Assembly: GCA_028285265.1 (NCBI GenBank)
Contig: JANQPX010000079.1
Span: 109,006-173,005 of the forward strand
DNA length: 64,000 nt
Origin: Geminicoccaceae bacterium
GTDB taxonomy: Bacteria > Pseudomonadota > Alphaproteobacteria > Geminicoccales > Geminicoccaceae
Reading direction: 5' to 3'
Shown: one piece after another, positions 18,783-28,586 of the stretch
How positions within the stretch are numbered: the stretch's first letter is position 1
How the letters are laid out: each line of letters opens with the position of its first letter
The notes under the pieces: generated by a model
Seen by the model: the letters and a program-made list of their open reading frames with translations, nothing else
What the model was told of the DNA's origin: nothing
The model's database searches: none
Position numbers and translations under genes: made by a program

Positions 18783-19412
18783 ATGCCTGGTCTCGATCTG
18801 CTGATTCCTTTCGCCGTCGCTACCGCGCTGTTCGCCTATTTCCCGGGGCCAGCCTTGCTCTATACCGCGGCCCAGACCATCGCGCGCGGTCGACGAGCTG
18901 GCTTCATGGCGGCACTCGGCATTCATCTCGGCTGCTACCTGCACGTCATTGCCGCCGCGTTGGGGCTTTCCGCGGTCCTCCACTATGTGCCGACGCTCTA
19001 TGTGGTGCTGAAGCTTGCTGGAGCGGCCTATTTGATCTGGCTCGGTGTCTCGATGTGGCGGCAGGAGACAGGAGGCTCCCAAGCGACGGCGCCGCCGGCG
19101 AAGACCACACGGCGAGCCCTTGTTGAGAGTATGCTGGTCGAGATTTTGAACCCCAAGGTCGCGCTCTTCTTCTTGGCGTTCTTGCCCCAATTCGTCGATC
19201 CCAGCGCCAGCCTGCCTGTGGCGATCCAATTTCTCATTCTTGGCATCATCGTCAACCTGTCCTTTAGCTCCGCCGACGTCATCACCGTACTTCTGGCGGA
19301 CAAAGTCGTCAGTGTCGCCAAGGGGTCACGTACCGGTATGCGCATCGCCCAATGGCTTGGCGGCGGGCTGCTCGTCGCGCTCGGCATCCGTCTTGCGCTC
19401 AGTCGTCAATAG
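18783..19412 (+). CDS. LysE family amino-acid/metabolite exporter
   Basis: MPGLDLLIPFAVATALFAYFPGPALL N-terminus, LNPKVALFFLAFLPQF, and about 6 TM helices. The listed 18606 start lies inside the upstream gene and was rejected. Confidence 0.85.
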   Translation: MPGLDLLIPFAVATALFAYFPGPALLYTAAQTIARGRRAGFMAALGIHLGCYLHVIAAALGLSAVLHYVPTLYVVLKLAGAAYLIWLGVSMWRQETGGSQATAPPAKTTRRALVESMLVEILNPKVALFFLAFLPQFVDPSASLPVAIQFLILGIIVNLSFSSADVITVLLADKVVSVAKGSRTGMRIAQWLGGGLLVALGIRLALSRQ

Positions 19413-19675
19413 GGCTGTTGATCCATTTGCTCGTGAAAAGAATCCGGTGAACTGACTGGGAATTGACGACCGGCCTTGTACCAGCCAAAGTTAGCGTAGA
19501 GCTGGCGATTGGCCGCAGAAGCTACTCGCGAGGAATGAACGGGGGAGGCGAGGCGATCATTGGTATCGCGTCGAAGCGTCGAAAGGCAGGTCCGGTATCG
19601 TGGGCTTTGCTCTGGTTTCTTCGCTGTCCGTTCGCACAGACCCCACACAAGCATCGAGAATAGGAGCGTACCGGT

Positions 19676-20542
19676 ATGGCGGTGCCCACCCTTAGAGCCA
19701 TGGTCCGATCGAAAGACGTTAAGGTCGGTCACTTTGTTGTCGAGTTCGCCACGCCTGGCATCGGGCAGATTCTAAAGGGGGCGGGTTGCGATTTTGTGCT
19801 TTTTGACACCGAACACTCCGGTTTTGGCTTCGAGACCATCAAGAGCGTCCTTCGCTATATGCAGGCAGCCGATCTTCCTACAATCGTTCGTGTTCCATCG
19901 ATCGAATACAATCATATTGCCCGCGCTGCCGACATGGGGGCAGAGGGCGTGATGGTGCCGATGATCGGCAATGCGGATCAAGCCAAAGAAGTGGTGAACA
20001 GCCTCAAATACCATCCAGAAGGAGGACGTGGCGTCGCGCTCGGCATCGCCCATGACCGCTACGTGCAGGGACCGGTCATGGACAAGTTATCCGCTGCCAA
20101 CAAGCGGACGACGGTCTTTGCTCAAATCGAAACGGCGGAGGGTGTTGCCAATGCCGACGAGATTGCCGCTGTTAGTGGTGTCGATTGTCTTTGGATTGGC
20201 CATTTCGATCTTTCCGCTTCACTCGGCATCCCTGGTGAGTTTGAGCACAAGCTCTTTAAGGATGCTGTGCGGGCGGTGACCAAAGCTTGTGAGACGCACA
20301 AAAAGGCGCTTGGCCGCTTGGTACCGACGGCTGAAGAGGGGATCAAGCTCAATCGGGCCGGCCATGATTTCATCTGCTATTCCGGTGATGTCTGGGCGTT
20401 GCAGCAAGCGGTTGCTGCCGGCGTGACGGCGATCAGGGATGCGGCGGAAAAGAGAAAGGCGCGCGCGAGGCCTGCCGCCAAGGGCGCCGCTGGCGCGAAG
20501 CGCGGTCCGGCGAAGAGCCGTCCCCGGACAAAGAAGGCGTAG
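19676..20542 (+). CDS. HpcH/HpaI family 2-keto-3-deoxy-acid aldolase with a C-terminal Lys/Arg/Ala/Pro-rich tail
   Basis: GAGCDFVLFDTEHSGF, MVPMI and AQIET motifs, followed by a 35-aa basic tail (AEKRKARARPAAKGAAGAKRGPAKSRPRTKKA). An alternative start lies at 19700. Confidence 0.8.
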   Translation: MAVPTLRAMVRSKDVKVGHFVVEFATPGIGQILKGAGCDFVLFDTEHSGFGFETIKSVLRYMQAADLPTIVRVPSIEYNHIARAADMGAEGVMVPMIGNADQAKEVVNSLKYHPEGGRGVALGIAHDRYVQGPVMDKLSAANKRTTVFAQIETAEGVANADEIAAVSGVDCLWIGHFDLSASLGIPGEFEHKLFKDAVRAVTKACETHKKALGRLVPTAEEGIKLNRAGHDFICYSGDVWALQQAVAAGVTAIRDAAEKRKARARPAAKGAAGAKRGPAKSRPRTKKA

Positions 20543-20691
20543 GCCGTATGGTACGAGCGCCAGGTCGTTCTGCCGGCCCCGATGTTGGGCTGTTTATGGT
20601 CGGCATGCTTGATGATCTGGTCTGACTGCAAAAGGATGATAAGAGACCGGCGCCGGCGTAGGTATAGGGCGTCGCTAGGGAGAAAACCGGC

Positions 20692-21738
20692 ATGAGCAGC
20701 TTTCGCGTAGCGTTAAGCGGCGACTTTAAAAAAACTGACGGTAGTCCAGCCTTTCCTGATTTTGATCTATCACCGCTTGAGCAACAAGCTGACCTCGACT
20801 TCGACTACATCCCTGCCGATGGGGTGATCAAGGCGAAGGATCTTGAGGGATTCGACGCGTTAATCCTTCTGGTGCCAAGGATCGAGCAGTCAAGCTTTCC
20901 AAACGATGGGCGGCTTGCCGTGATCGCGCGTTTCGGTGTTGGTTACGACAATGTCGACCTCAAAGCCTGCTCCGACCATGGCTGCGCCTTGGCGATCACG
21001 CCGGATGGTGTGCGCCGTCCTGTTGCTGTTTCGGTGATCACCTTCATGCTGGCGTTGACTGGCAAGCTGCTGATTAAGGATAAGCTCACCCGGGAGGGCC
21101 CCCAAGGCTGGGCCCAGCGGAATGACCATATGGGCATAGGACTTGTTGGCCGCACACTTGGCCAACTCGGCATTGGTAATATCGGCGCCGAGGTGTTTCG
21201 TATGGCGAAACCTTTCGATATGAAGTTTATCGCCCATGATCCCTATGCCAACAAAAAGGTGGCCAAGGAGCTCGGTATTCGCCTGGTTTCGTTGGAGGAA
21301 CTGTTTCTCGAATCGGACGTGCTTTCCGTGAGTTGTCCGTTGACGGAAGAGACCCATCACATCGTTAATGCCGAACGCCTGGCGCTCATGAAGCCGACAG
21401 CCTACGTCATCAACACGGCGCGGGGGCCGGTGGTCGATCAGGTCGCCCTAACCCAAGCCTTACAGGCGGGCAAAATCGCGGGTGCAGGTCTCGATGTTTT
21501 CGAGGAAGAGCCAAGCGTCGCCGATGACCCACTCTATCAGCTCGACAATGTCATCCTTGCCCCCCATTCGCTTTGCTGGACAGATCAATGCTTTGCCGGC
21601 AATGGCGCTGCCGACATTAGGGTGGTTCTGGATGTCATGCGGGGTCGCGTACCGACGGGCATCGTTAACAAAGATATTCTTGATCATAAGCCCTGGTTAA
21701 AGAAGCTCGACGAGTTCAAGTCTCAATTTGGCGGCTAG
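20692..21738 (+). CDS. D-isomer-specific 2-hydroxyacid dehydrogenase family NAD(P)-dependent oxidoreductase
   Basis: GQLGIGNIGAEV nucleotide-binding loop, NTARGPVVD and ILAPHS motifs. Confidence 0.85.
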   Translation: MSSFRVALSGDFKKTDGSPAFPDFDLSPLEQQADLDFDYIPADGVIKAKDLEGFDALILLVPRIEQSSFPNDGRLAVIARFGVGYDNVDLKACSDHGCALAITPDGVRRPVAVSVITFMLALTGKLLIKDKLTREGPQGWAQRNDHMGIGLVGRTLGQLGIGNIGAEVFRMAKPFDMKFIAHDPYANKKVAKELGIRLVSLEELFLESDVLSVSCPLTEETHHIVNAERLALMKPTAYVINTARGPVVDQVALTQALQAGKIAGAGLDVFEEEPSVADDPLYQLDNVILAPHSLCWTDQCFAGNGAADIRVVLDVMRGRVPTGIVNKDILDHKPWLKKLDEFKSQFGG

Positions 21739-21908
21739 ATCCGTCCTTTTATTTCGTTCTTAGAAGCCAGCCAAATCGCGGCAGCCAAGTCGTCCACTTA
21801 CGTCCTGGCGCGATGCTAGATGCTTGCTGGTTGAATTCGATCGCTACGATAGATGAAGTTTTAGGAAAACAATACACTAAAGCAAAATGATTACTAAAGT
21901 GTTTCCCG

Positions 21909-21923
21909 TTAAGCGTTTCTTAA
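21909..21923. promoter_or_regulatory. CtrA-type box TTAA-N7-TTAA
   Basis: TTAAgcgtttcTTAA, 62 nt upstream of the ATG at 21985 in an AT-rich intergenic region. Motif match only. Confidence 0.25.
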
Positions 21924-21984
21924 TGTTTTGGCTTTAAAAAATGCTCAACAATACGATCAACAAGCCTAAGTCGAGAGTACCAGC

Positions 21985-22407
21985 ATGTCCCATCTCCCAG
22001 CCGCCGCGGCGTTCGTTGCTTTGATGGGCCCTTTGTCAGCTGCAGCCATTTCTCCTTTACCTCTGGCGAAGCCCGTTATCGACGAGGCCGTCGAACTCCT
22101 GGTCATCGAGCAAGCTGACGAAGCTATGGACATGAACATCGATGTTTCGATCACCGAGCGTCAGGCGAGCGAACAACCTGCTGGAATCGACCTTGAACCT
22201 GCAGCACCCGAGGCAGGCTGGGATCACGAGAGCCAGTCTGGCGTTGCGTTCCCGATTGTTGACGGGCTCTCGCTCGGCGTGGACTACGAAATCGAGGAGA
22301 TCGAGGATCTCGCTGCTGGCGGGATCAGTCCTGGAACCGCCAGCGACGAGCATGAAAGCCACAACGTCTTGATCCGCGCCAATATCCAGTTCGACCTGAC
22401 ACAGTAG
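21985..22407 (+). CDS. hypothetical acidic secreted protein
   Basis: Signal-peptide-like N-terminus (AAAAFVALMGPLSAAAISP) followed by a very Asp/Glu-rich sequence. RBS is weak and no family was recognised. Confidence 0.5.
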   Translation: MSHLPAAAAFVALMGPLSAAAISPLPLAKPVIDEAVELLVIEQADEAMDMNIDVSITERQASEQPAGIDLEPAAPEAGWDHESQSGVAFPIVDGLSLGVDYEIEEIEDLAAGGISPGTASDEHESHNVLIRANIQFDLTQ

Positions 22408-22452
22408 CCATGCGATCTCGAGCCTGACCCGGCGCGCGTCGAGATTGCAACG

Positions 22453-24789
22453 TTACTCCGCGGCGATGGACCCCTGATGCGCCTGAAGGACCTGCCAGAC
22501 TGCTTGAGGTGTCGCAGGCATATCAACCTCGGTGACGCCTAAATCCTTGAGGGCGTCGATAATGGCGTTAATCACGGCCGCTGGGGAGGCTACCGAACCC
22601 GCTTCACCACAGCCCTTGACACCCATCTCATTGTTCTTACAGGGGACTTCGAGAGTCGAGACGGCCATCGGGGGGACGCCATCGGCACGAGGCATGCAGT
22701 AGTCCATGAGCGAGCCCGAGAGAAGCTGGCCGCTGTCGTCGTAGACCGCATGTTCGTAGAGAGCCTGGCCGATGCCCTGGACGACACCGCCATGAACTTG
22801 GCCCGCCACCAGCATCGGGTTGACCACCACGCCGAAATCATCGACGGCGGTGTAGCGTTCGATGGTGACCACGCCGGTTTCTGGATCGACTTCGACCTCG
22901 GCAATATGACAGCCATTGGGGAAGGTCCATTGGGGGATATCGGCGATCGCTTCGGCGTCCATACCCGGCTCCTGGTTGCCCACCGGAGGCATGGTCTTCG
23001 CTTTGGCAGCAAGCTCCATAATGCCGATCGTTCGATCCGTGCCGGTCACCTTGAACTCACCGTCATCGCGTGAGAATTCGATGTCGGCTACTGCTGTTTC
23101 GAATTCCTGCGAGGCGAAGTGCTTGCCTCGATCGATCACAATGTCGGAGGCCTTTCGGATCGCAAGCCCCTCTGCAGTGAGTGAACGTGAGCCGCCGGTG
23201 CCGCCGCCCTGCTTGAGCTCGCGTGTGTCGCCCTCCACCATCTGGATCTTATCGAAGGGCACGCCCAGCCGATCCACCAAGACCTGAGCATAGGCCGTGG
23301 CGTGACCTTGACCATTGGATTGGGTGCCAACGACGATGGAGACCGTACCGTCTTCCTCAAAGCGGATCTTGGCGGCCTCTTGGGGGTCGCCCATGGTGCT
23401 TTCGATATAATAGCTCATACCGATGCCGCGGTATTTCCCTGATTTTGCCGAGTCCGCCTTCCGCGCATCGAAGCCTGCGACGTCGCCGACAGTTCTTGCT
23501 TCGTCCGTGACCTTGGCGAATTCGCCGCTGTCATAGGTTTCGCCGGCCGTTGTCTGAAACGGCATGGCGGCAGCACCGATATAGTTTTGGCGACGAAGCT
23601 CCACGGGCTCGACACCGAGTTGACGGGCGGCCTTATCGATTAAGCGCTCCATGAGGTAAATGCTTTCTGGCCGCCCAGCCCCGCGATATGCATCAACGGG
23701 CGTTGTATTGGTGAGCACGCCGAGTACGCGGTAGACCATTGCCTTGACGTCATAAACACCTGGCAGGACCTTGAGCGCGGCTCCCGTCGGGATAAAGGGC
23801 GCGAACATGTTGCAGTAGGCCCCCATATTCGCCGTGGTTTCGACGCCCATGCCGACGATGTTGTGGTCGGCGTCCAGGCCGAGCTTGGCCGTCGTGATGT
23901 GGTCGCGACCCATCACATCGGACACAAACACATCGGCCGAGCGCTCGGCCGTCCACTTGACCGGGCGGCCGACCATGCGCGATGCCACGGCGGCCAGCGC
24001 ATATTCAGGATAGAAGAAGGCCTTCGTGCCAAAGCCGCCGCCAACATCCGGGGTGAGCACCGTGATCTTATCACGATCCATGCCCATGACCGCGGCGAGC
24101 GGGTCCAAAAAGAGCCAGCCGCCCTGGGTGCAGACATGCATGGTCAAAGCGTCGTCCCGATAGTCGGCGACGGCAGCACGTGGCTCCATCGGGTTCGAGA
24201 TCAGTCGATTGTTGACGATGCTGAGCTCGACGACATGGGCAGCCGTCGATAGTGCACTTTCCGTCGCGGCACGATCACCGAACTCCCAATCAAAGGCGAG
24301 ATTGTTCGGCACGTCATCGTGGACCAAGGGCTGGCCTGTATCAGCGGCGGTCGCGGTATGCGTTGCGGCCGGGAGGCTCTCGTAGTCGACCTCGACCAAT
24401 TCGGCGGCATCCTTGGCCTGGACGGCCGTTTCGGCGACGACGAAGGCGATGTGATCGCCGACATGGCGGGCGCGGTCCTTGCAAAGCACTGGACGCAGCG
24501 GGTTGATCCCTGCACTGCCATCCCGGTTCTCCATCGGGATGGCGCAAGGCAGCTCATTCGAGCCGTGGGCGATGATGTCATCAGCCAGAATGACCGCCAG
24601 CACGCCCGGTGCTGCTTTCGCAGCATCGACATCGATGCGCCGTATGTTGGCGTGGGCTTCCGGGGATCTTACGGCAACACCGTAGGCCTGGCCATCCAGA
24701 CTGATGTCGTCGGTATAGCGGCCCGTTCCGGTTATAAAACGCTGATCTTCGACCCGAAGAACCGATTGCCCAACGCCAAACTTCGCCAT
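22453..24789 (-). CDS. xanthine dehydrogenase family molybdopterin-binding large subunit, form-II CoxL-like
   Basis: 778 aa. N-terminus MAKFGVGQSVLRVEDQRFITGTGRYTDDI. The active-site loop reads AYRGAGR (form II) rather than the AYRCSFR of true CO dehydrogenases. Confidence 0.9.
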   Translation of the reverse strand: MAKFGVGQSVLRVEDQRFITGTGRYTDDISLDGQAYGVAVRSPEAHANIRRIDVDAAKAAPGVLAVILADDIIAHGSNELPCAIPMENRDGSAGINPLRPVLCKDRARHVGDHIAFVVAETAVQAKDAAELVEVDYESLPAATHTATAADTGQPLVHDDVPNNLAFDWEFGDRAATESALSTAAHVVELSIVNNRLISNPMEPRAAVADYRDDALTMHVCTQGGWLFLDPLAAVMGMDRDKITVLTPDVGGGFGTKAFFYPEYALAAVASRMVGRPVKWTAERSADVFVSDVMGRDHITTAKLGLDADHNIVGMGVETTANMGAYCNMFAPFIPTGAALKVLPGVYDVKAMVYRVLGVLTNTTPVDAYRGAGRPESIYLMERLIDKAARQLGVEPVELRRQNYIGAAAMPFQTTAGETYDSGEFAKVTDEARTVGDVAGFDARKADSAKSGKYRGIGMSYYIESTMGDPQEAAKIRFEEDGTVSIVVGTQSNGQGHATAYAQVLVDRLGVPFDKIQMVEGDTRELKQGGGTGGSRSLTAEGLAIRKASDIVIDRGKHFASQEFETAVADIEFSRDDGEFKVTGTDRTIGIMELAAKAKTMPPVGNQEPGMDAEAIADIPQWTFPNGCHIAEVEVDPETGVVTIERYTAVDDFGVVVNPMLVAGQVHGGVVQGIGQALYEHAVYDDSGQLLSGSLMDYCMPRADGVPPMAVSTLEVPCKNNEMGVKGCGEAGSVASPAAVINAIIDALKDLGVTEVDMPATPQAVWQVLQAHQGSIAAE

Positions 24790-25122
24790 GTTTCTTTCCC
24801 CGTATCTGTAACGGTCACATTGCGAGTAACATAGCTCACCTTGGTGCAGACGCCAGAGGGTGAGCTCCAGATCGACAGGAATTTTGGCGCAACATGAAGG
24901 TGGCGTTCCTCGCCTTTCGCGGTGACAGTGCCCCGGAAGGGGGGAGCCTGCTTGCTTTGTCCTTGGCCGAAAGGACCGCGGTGAGGATGATCAAGGCTGG
25001 TCTAAGGGCCGAGTCGGTCGCTCGATCAGGGCAGGGCAACGATCATTGCGGCGCGTCGTATCCGTGCGGTGTCAGTTCGTCCCACCAGCCTTGTACGGTG
25101 CTGTTGTCACGACCAGCGGGCC

Positions 25123-25548
25123 TTATGCAGCCCCCGTCTCTTGAAACCCCCAGATTTTGGGCGTCGCGAGCTCCAAGCTATTGCCGGCAGGGTCGCGGAA
25201 ATAGAATGACTTAGCGCCATTCGGCCAAGTGACCTCTTGCTCAATTCTGATGCCGTGATCTTTTAATCGGGCTTGCCAGGCCTTGTGTTGGTCCTCTGCC
25301 ATCGCGAAACAGACATGGCCCGGTCCTTTCGCGCCATGGGCTGGGATCGACTCGTTGCTCAGGGCGGCGTCTGGGTTGAACAACAAAAGCATGCCGCTTT
25401 CACACTTGAAGAACACGAACACGCCATGCTTTTGGCTATAGAGTTCCAGGCCCAGCACCACCTGATAGAACGCGCGCGCCGCTTCAAGATCGTCGACATA
25501 GAGAATGGTCTCGAGGACGCCGCTGATCGGAGTTGCGGTCGTTACCAT
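25123..25548 (-). CDS. VOC family protein (glyoxalase/bleomycin-resistance/dioxygenase fold)
   Basis: ILYVDDLEAARAFYQVVLGLE start and FRDPAGNSLEL end are typical of the VOC fold. The ATG shares one base with the upstream gene's stop (TGATG). Confidence 0.8.
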   Translation of the reverse strand: MVTTATPISGVLETILYVDDLEAARAFYQVVLGLELYSQKHGVFVFFKCESGMLLLFNPDAALSNESIPAHGAKGPGHVCFAMAEDQHKAWQARLKDHGIRIEQEVTWPNGAKSFYFRDPAGNSLELATPKIWGFQETGAA

Positions 25549-26054
25549 CAGCTCGCGTCGGCATTGGCCGGTAGGTCGACACGCAGGTTTTCCTCACCGA
25601 AGAAGCACTGGTAGTCGACGAGGCAATAGGCATACTCCACAAGGATATCGACGGGTTGGTTGGCACTCGACTTAAACGGCAGGCGGATCGTTGCCGGTGG
25701 CTCGAAATACACGATCGAAAAGTCTTGATGCCGGTGAGGTAAAGCAACGCCCCAATCCACGGCGGCGGGCTCGCCAGGCGTCACCGTGATACCGGGATCG
25801 GCATTCAACTTAGTCTCGCCTTCAGGAAGGACGGTGATCACAACTTCGTCCTGACCACCCGCGACCTCAGCCCGATCGACCCATGCGTCGATGCGGACTT
25901 CGGCCTCTATTTGCGGGGCGTCGCTCTGAAATTGCTGGATCAACGAGTCGAGCGACGGCTTGGCCTCTTGCGCCACGGCTATGGTGGCTACGTTTAGCAC
26001 CGCCAGCACGGCAAGGCATGATGTCATTTTGACCATCGGCATCTCACAATCCAC
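25548..26054 (-). CDS. hypothetical secreted protein (weak resemblance to the DsbD N-terminal-like fold, unverified)
   Basis: Signal peptide (MVKMTSCLAVLAVLNVATIAVAQE), a beta-rich body and a C-terminal Cys pair (YAYCLVDYQCFF). The true start may be 26036. Confidence 0.55.
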   Translation of the reverse strand: MDCEMPMVKMTSCLAVLAVLNVATIAVAQEAKPSLDSLIQQFQSDAPQIEAEVRIDAWVDRAEVAGGQDEVVITVLPEGETKLNADPGITVTPGEPAAVDWGVALPHRHQDFSIVYFEPPATIRLPFKSSANQPVDILVEYAYCLVDYQCFFGEENLRVDLPANADAS

Positions 26055-26203
26055 GAAACGTCATCTCGGCCCACGGACCCCTAGGCTGCATGGTAGTCGA
26101 GTGAGCCGGGAAACACGCCATGACATCGCCCATTCGTGAACAAGCGTCACCGAGGTTCGCCCAGGCAGCACTAGGCTTTGTTCCATCGGTCGTCGCTCGT
26201 TGC

Positions 26204-26863
26204 TTAGCCGAGGATGGATTGGCCGGTGGCCTCCCAATCCTTCAAGAAGGCCGCGAGGCCCTTATCGGTCAGTGGGTGGTTGAAGAGCTTTTTGATCACA
26301 TCCGGTGGTAAGGTTGCAACATCGGCGCCCAGGCGAGCGCTCTCGACGAGATGGGGAACGGAGCGAATGGACGCGACCAGAACTTCGGTCTGAATATGCT
26401 CGTAATTCCGGTAGATCTGCACGGTATCCGAGATCAGATCCATGCCGTCCTGACCGATATCATCGAGCCGGCCGACAAAGGGCGAGATGAAGGTCGCGCC
26501 CGCTTTGGCAGCCAGCAGGGCCTGAGCGGGCGAGAAGCAGAGGGTGACGTTGACCTTTGTGCCTTCATCCGAGAGCGCTTTGCAGGTTTTGAGCCCATCG
26601 ATCGTGAGCGGCACCTTGACGCAAACATTGGCGGCGATCGTCGCCAGCTTTCGACCTTCGGCCAGCATGGTTTCATGATCAGTTGCCGCGACTTCTGCGC
26701 TGACGGGACCCGGCACGATGCTGCAGATATCGGCAATGACTTCGAAAAAATTGCGTCCGGATTTCGCAATGAGCGATGGGTTGGTGGTCACACCATCGAT
26801 CAAGCCGGTGGCGGCAAGATCGCTGATAGCGTTGACGTCAGCGGTATCCACGAAGAATTTCAT
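26204..26863 (-). CDS. fsa: fructose-6-phosphate aldolase / short (type 3B) transaldolase
   Basis: [34 protein letters not shown], 219 aa, with the Schiff-base lysine context (VCVKVP). Confidence 0.9.
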   Translation of the reverse strand: MKFFVDTADVNAISDLAATGLIDGVTTNPSLIAKSGRNFFEVIADICSIVPGPVSAEVAATDHETMLAEGRKLATIAANVCVKVPLTIDGLKTCKALSDEGTKVNVTLCFSPAQALLAAKAGATFISPFVGRLDDIGQDGMDLISDTVQIYRNYEHIQTEVLVASIRSVPHLVESARLGADVATLPPDVIKKLFNHPLTDKGLAAFLKDWEATGQSILG

Positions 26864-27021
26864 GACCTCAGGCCTCTTTTCGATAGCCCCAATCGGGGGC
26901 GATGCATTCGCGACTTGTAGGAAGATGATGCTGGAGAAATCCTATCACAACCTCGACCGCAAGGAAAAAAGAGGGCAAAACAGGCCGATCCAAATGCTGA
27001 AGGACCACGGAGAGGGCGAAA

Positions 27022-28536
27022 ATGTCTGGAGAGAACGCGATCTTGCTCGGCAAGGGCGAGACGCATCAATACCTGAACCTCGGGCTAGCCAATCGTCACG
27101 GCCTGATCGCAGGCGCAACCGGCACGGGCAAAACCGTGTCGCTCCAGGTCTTGGCTGAGGGTTTTTCCAAGAACGGCGTTCCGGTCTTTCTCGCTGACGT
27201 CAAAGGGGATCTCTCCGGCCTCTCCCGAGCGGGCAATCCGCATCCGAAGATTGACGAGCGCATCGAGACGATCGGAATCGAGGGATATCATCAAAAGCCC
27301 TTTCCCGTCGTCTTTTGGGACCTCTTTGGCGAGCAAGGTCACCCGATTCGGACGACCATTTCCGAGATGGGGCCCCTCCTGCTGGCCCGTCTGCTTGACC
27401 TGAATGAGACCCAAGAAGGCGTGCTCTCGGTCGTGTTCGAGGTGGCCGATGATCAGGGCATGCTGCTGCTCGATTTGAATGATTTGCGGGCCTTGCTGCA
27501 TTATGTCGGCGAGCACCGAAAAGAGTTCTCGCTTGAATACGGCAATGTCAGCAGCGCATCCGTCGGCGCGATCCAGCGACGTTTGTTGACCCTCGAGCAG
27601 CAGGGTGGGGAAGGGTTTTTCGGCGAACCTGCGCTCAAGATTGAGGATCTGATGCGCGCGGATCTGTCGGGACAAGGCATCGTGAATATCCTGGCGGCAG
27701 ATCAGCTGATGCAGTCGCCTAAACTCTATGCGACCTTTCTGCTCTGGCTTCTATCCGAACTCTTCGAGGAACTGCCCGAGGTGGGCGATCCCGACAAGCC
27801 GAAGTTGGTGTTCTTTTTCGATGAGGCCCATCTGCTGTTCGACGAAGCGCCCAAAGCCCTTCTCGAAAAGGTTGAGCAGGTGGTGCGCTTGATCCGCTCC
27901 AAAGGGGTCGGGGTGTATTTCATCACGCAGAACCCGTTGGATGTTCCGGACAGCGTTTTGGGGCAGCTCGGCAATCGCATCCAGCACGCTCTCAGGGCCT
28001 TCACACCACGCGATCAAAAGGCTGTCAAAGCCGCGGCAAGCACCTTTCGGCAAAACCCAAACTTCGATACCGAGGAGGTCATCACGCAACTCGGAGTCGG
28101 CGAAGCGTTGGTTTCGACGCTGCAGAAAAAGGGCATACCATCCGTCGTTGATCAGACATTGATCTGCCCGCCGATGTCCAGAATAGGCCCGGCAACACCT
28201 GACGAGCGGTCGCAGACGCGCTCCGCTAGTCCGGTAGGCGGACTTTATGATGAAACCGTTGATCGCGAGTCCGCGTATGAAATTTTGACCCGTCGCGCTG
28301 AAGAAGAGAAAGCGTTTGAAGAGGCGGAGAAGCGTCGTCGCGAACAGGAAAAGGAGCAAAAGCGGTTGGACAAGGAACGGGCCAAAGCCGAACGCGCCGC
28401 CCGTCCGCGCCGGAGCAACCGCCAAACCGTCTTCGAAGCTGCAGCCAAGAGCGTGGTCCGCAGCGTTGGCAGCCAGGTTGGTCGACAAATCGGCCGCTCG
28501 CTCCTTCGCGGCATATTGGGCTCGTTCATGCGTTAG
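27022..28536 (+). CDS. DUF853 family ATPase (YjgR / HerA-like P-loop NTPase)
   Basis: Walker [11 protein letters not shown], Walker [10 protein letters not shown], and the family's typical basic C-terminal tail. Confidence 0.85.
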   Translation: MSGENAILLGKGETHQYLNLGLANRHGLIAGATGTGKTVSLQVLAEGFSKNGVPVFLADVKGDLSGLSRAGNPHPKIDERIETIGIEGYHQKPFPVVFWDLFGEQGHPIRTTISEMGPLLLARLLDLNETQEGVLSVVFEVADDQGMLLLDLNDLRALLHYVGEHRKEFSLEYGNVSSASVGAIQRRLLTLEQQGGEGFFGEPALKIEDLMRADLSGQGIVNILAADQLMQSPKLYATFLLWLLSELFEELPEVGDPDKPKLVFFFDEAHLLFDEAPKALLEKVEQVVRLIRSKGVGVYFITQNPLDVPDSVLGQLGNRIQHALRAFTPRDQKAVKAAASTFRQNPNFDTEEVITQLGVGEALVSTLQKKGIPSVVDQTLICPPMSRIGPATPDERSQTRSASPVGGLYDETVDRESAYEILTRRAEEEKAFEEAEKRRREQEKEQKRLDKERAKAERAARPRRSNRQTVFEAAAKSVVRSVGSQVGRQIGRSLLRGILGSFMR

Positions 28537-28586
28537 TTGATCGAGCGTCGACATCACGGATATCTAACAGCAGGCAATCACCTATC

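Noticed and set aside
22453-24789. Genuine aerobic carbon-monoxide dehydrogenase
   Set aside because: The active-site loop is AYRGAGR (form II) and not the AYRCSFR of characterised CO-oxidising form I enzymes. coxM, coxS and accessory genes are also absent.
27022-28536. DUF853/HerA-like ATPase as a possible phage-defence component
   Set aside because: It stands alone between housekeeping genes (fsa, PQQ dehydrogenase), with no nuclease, sirtuin or other partner. It has the YjgR-type architecture that is widespread as a single conserved chromosomal gene.
27751-28557. 268-aa minus-strand ORF opposite the DUF853 ATPase gene
   Set aside because: Shadow ORF. Walker A and B motifs are on the plus strand.
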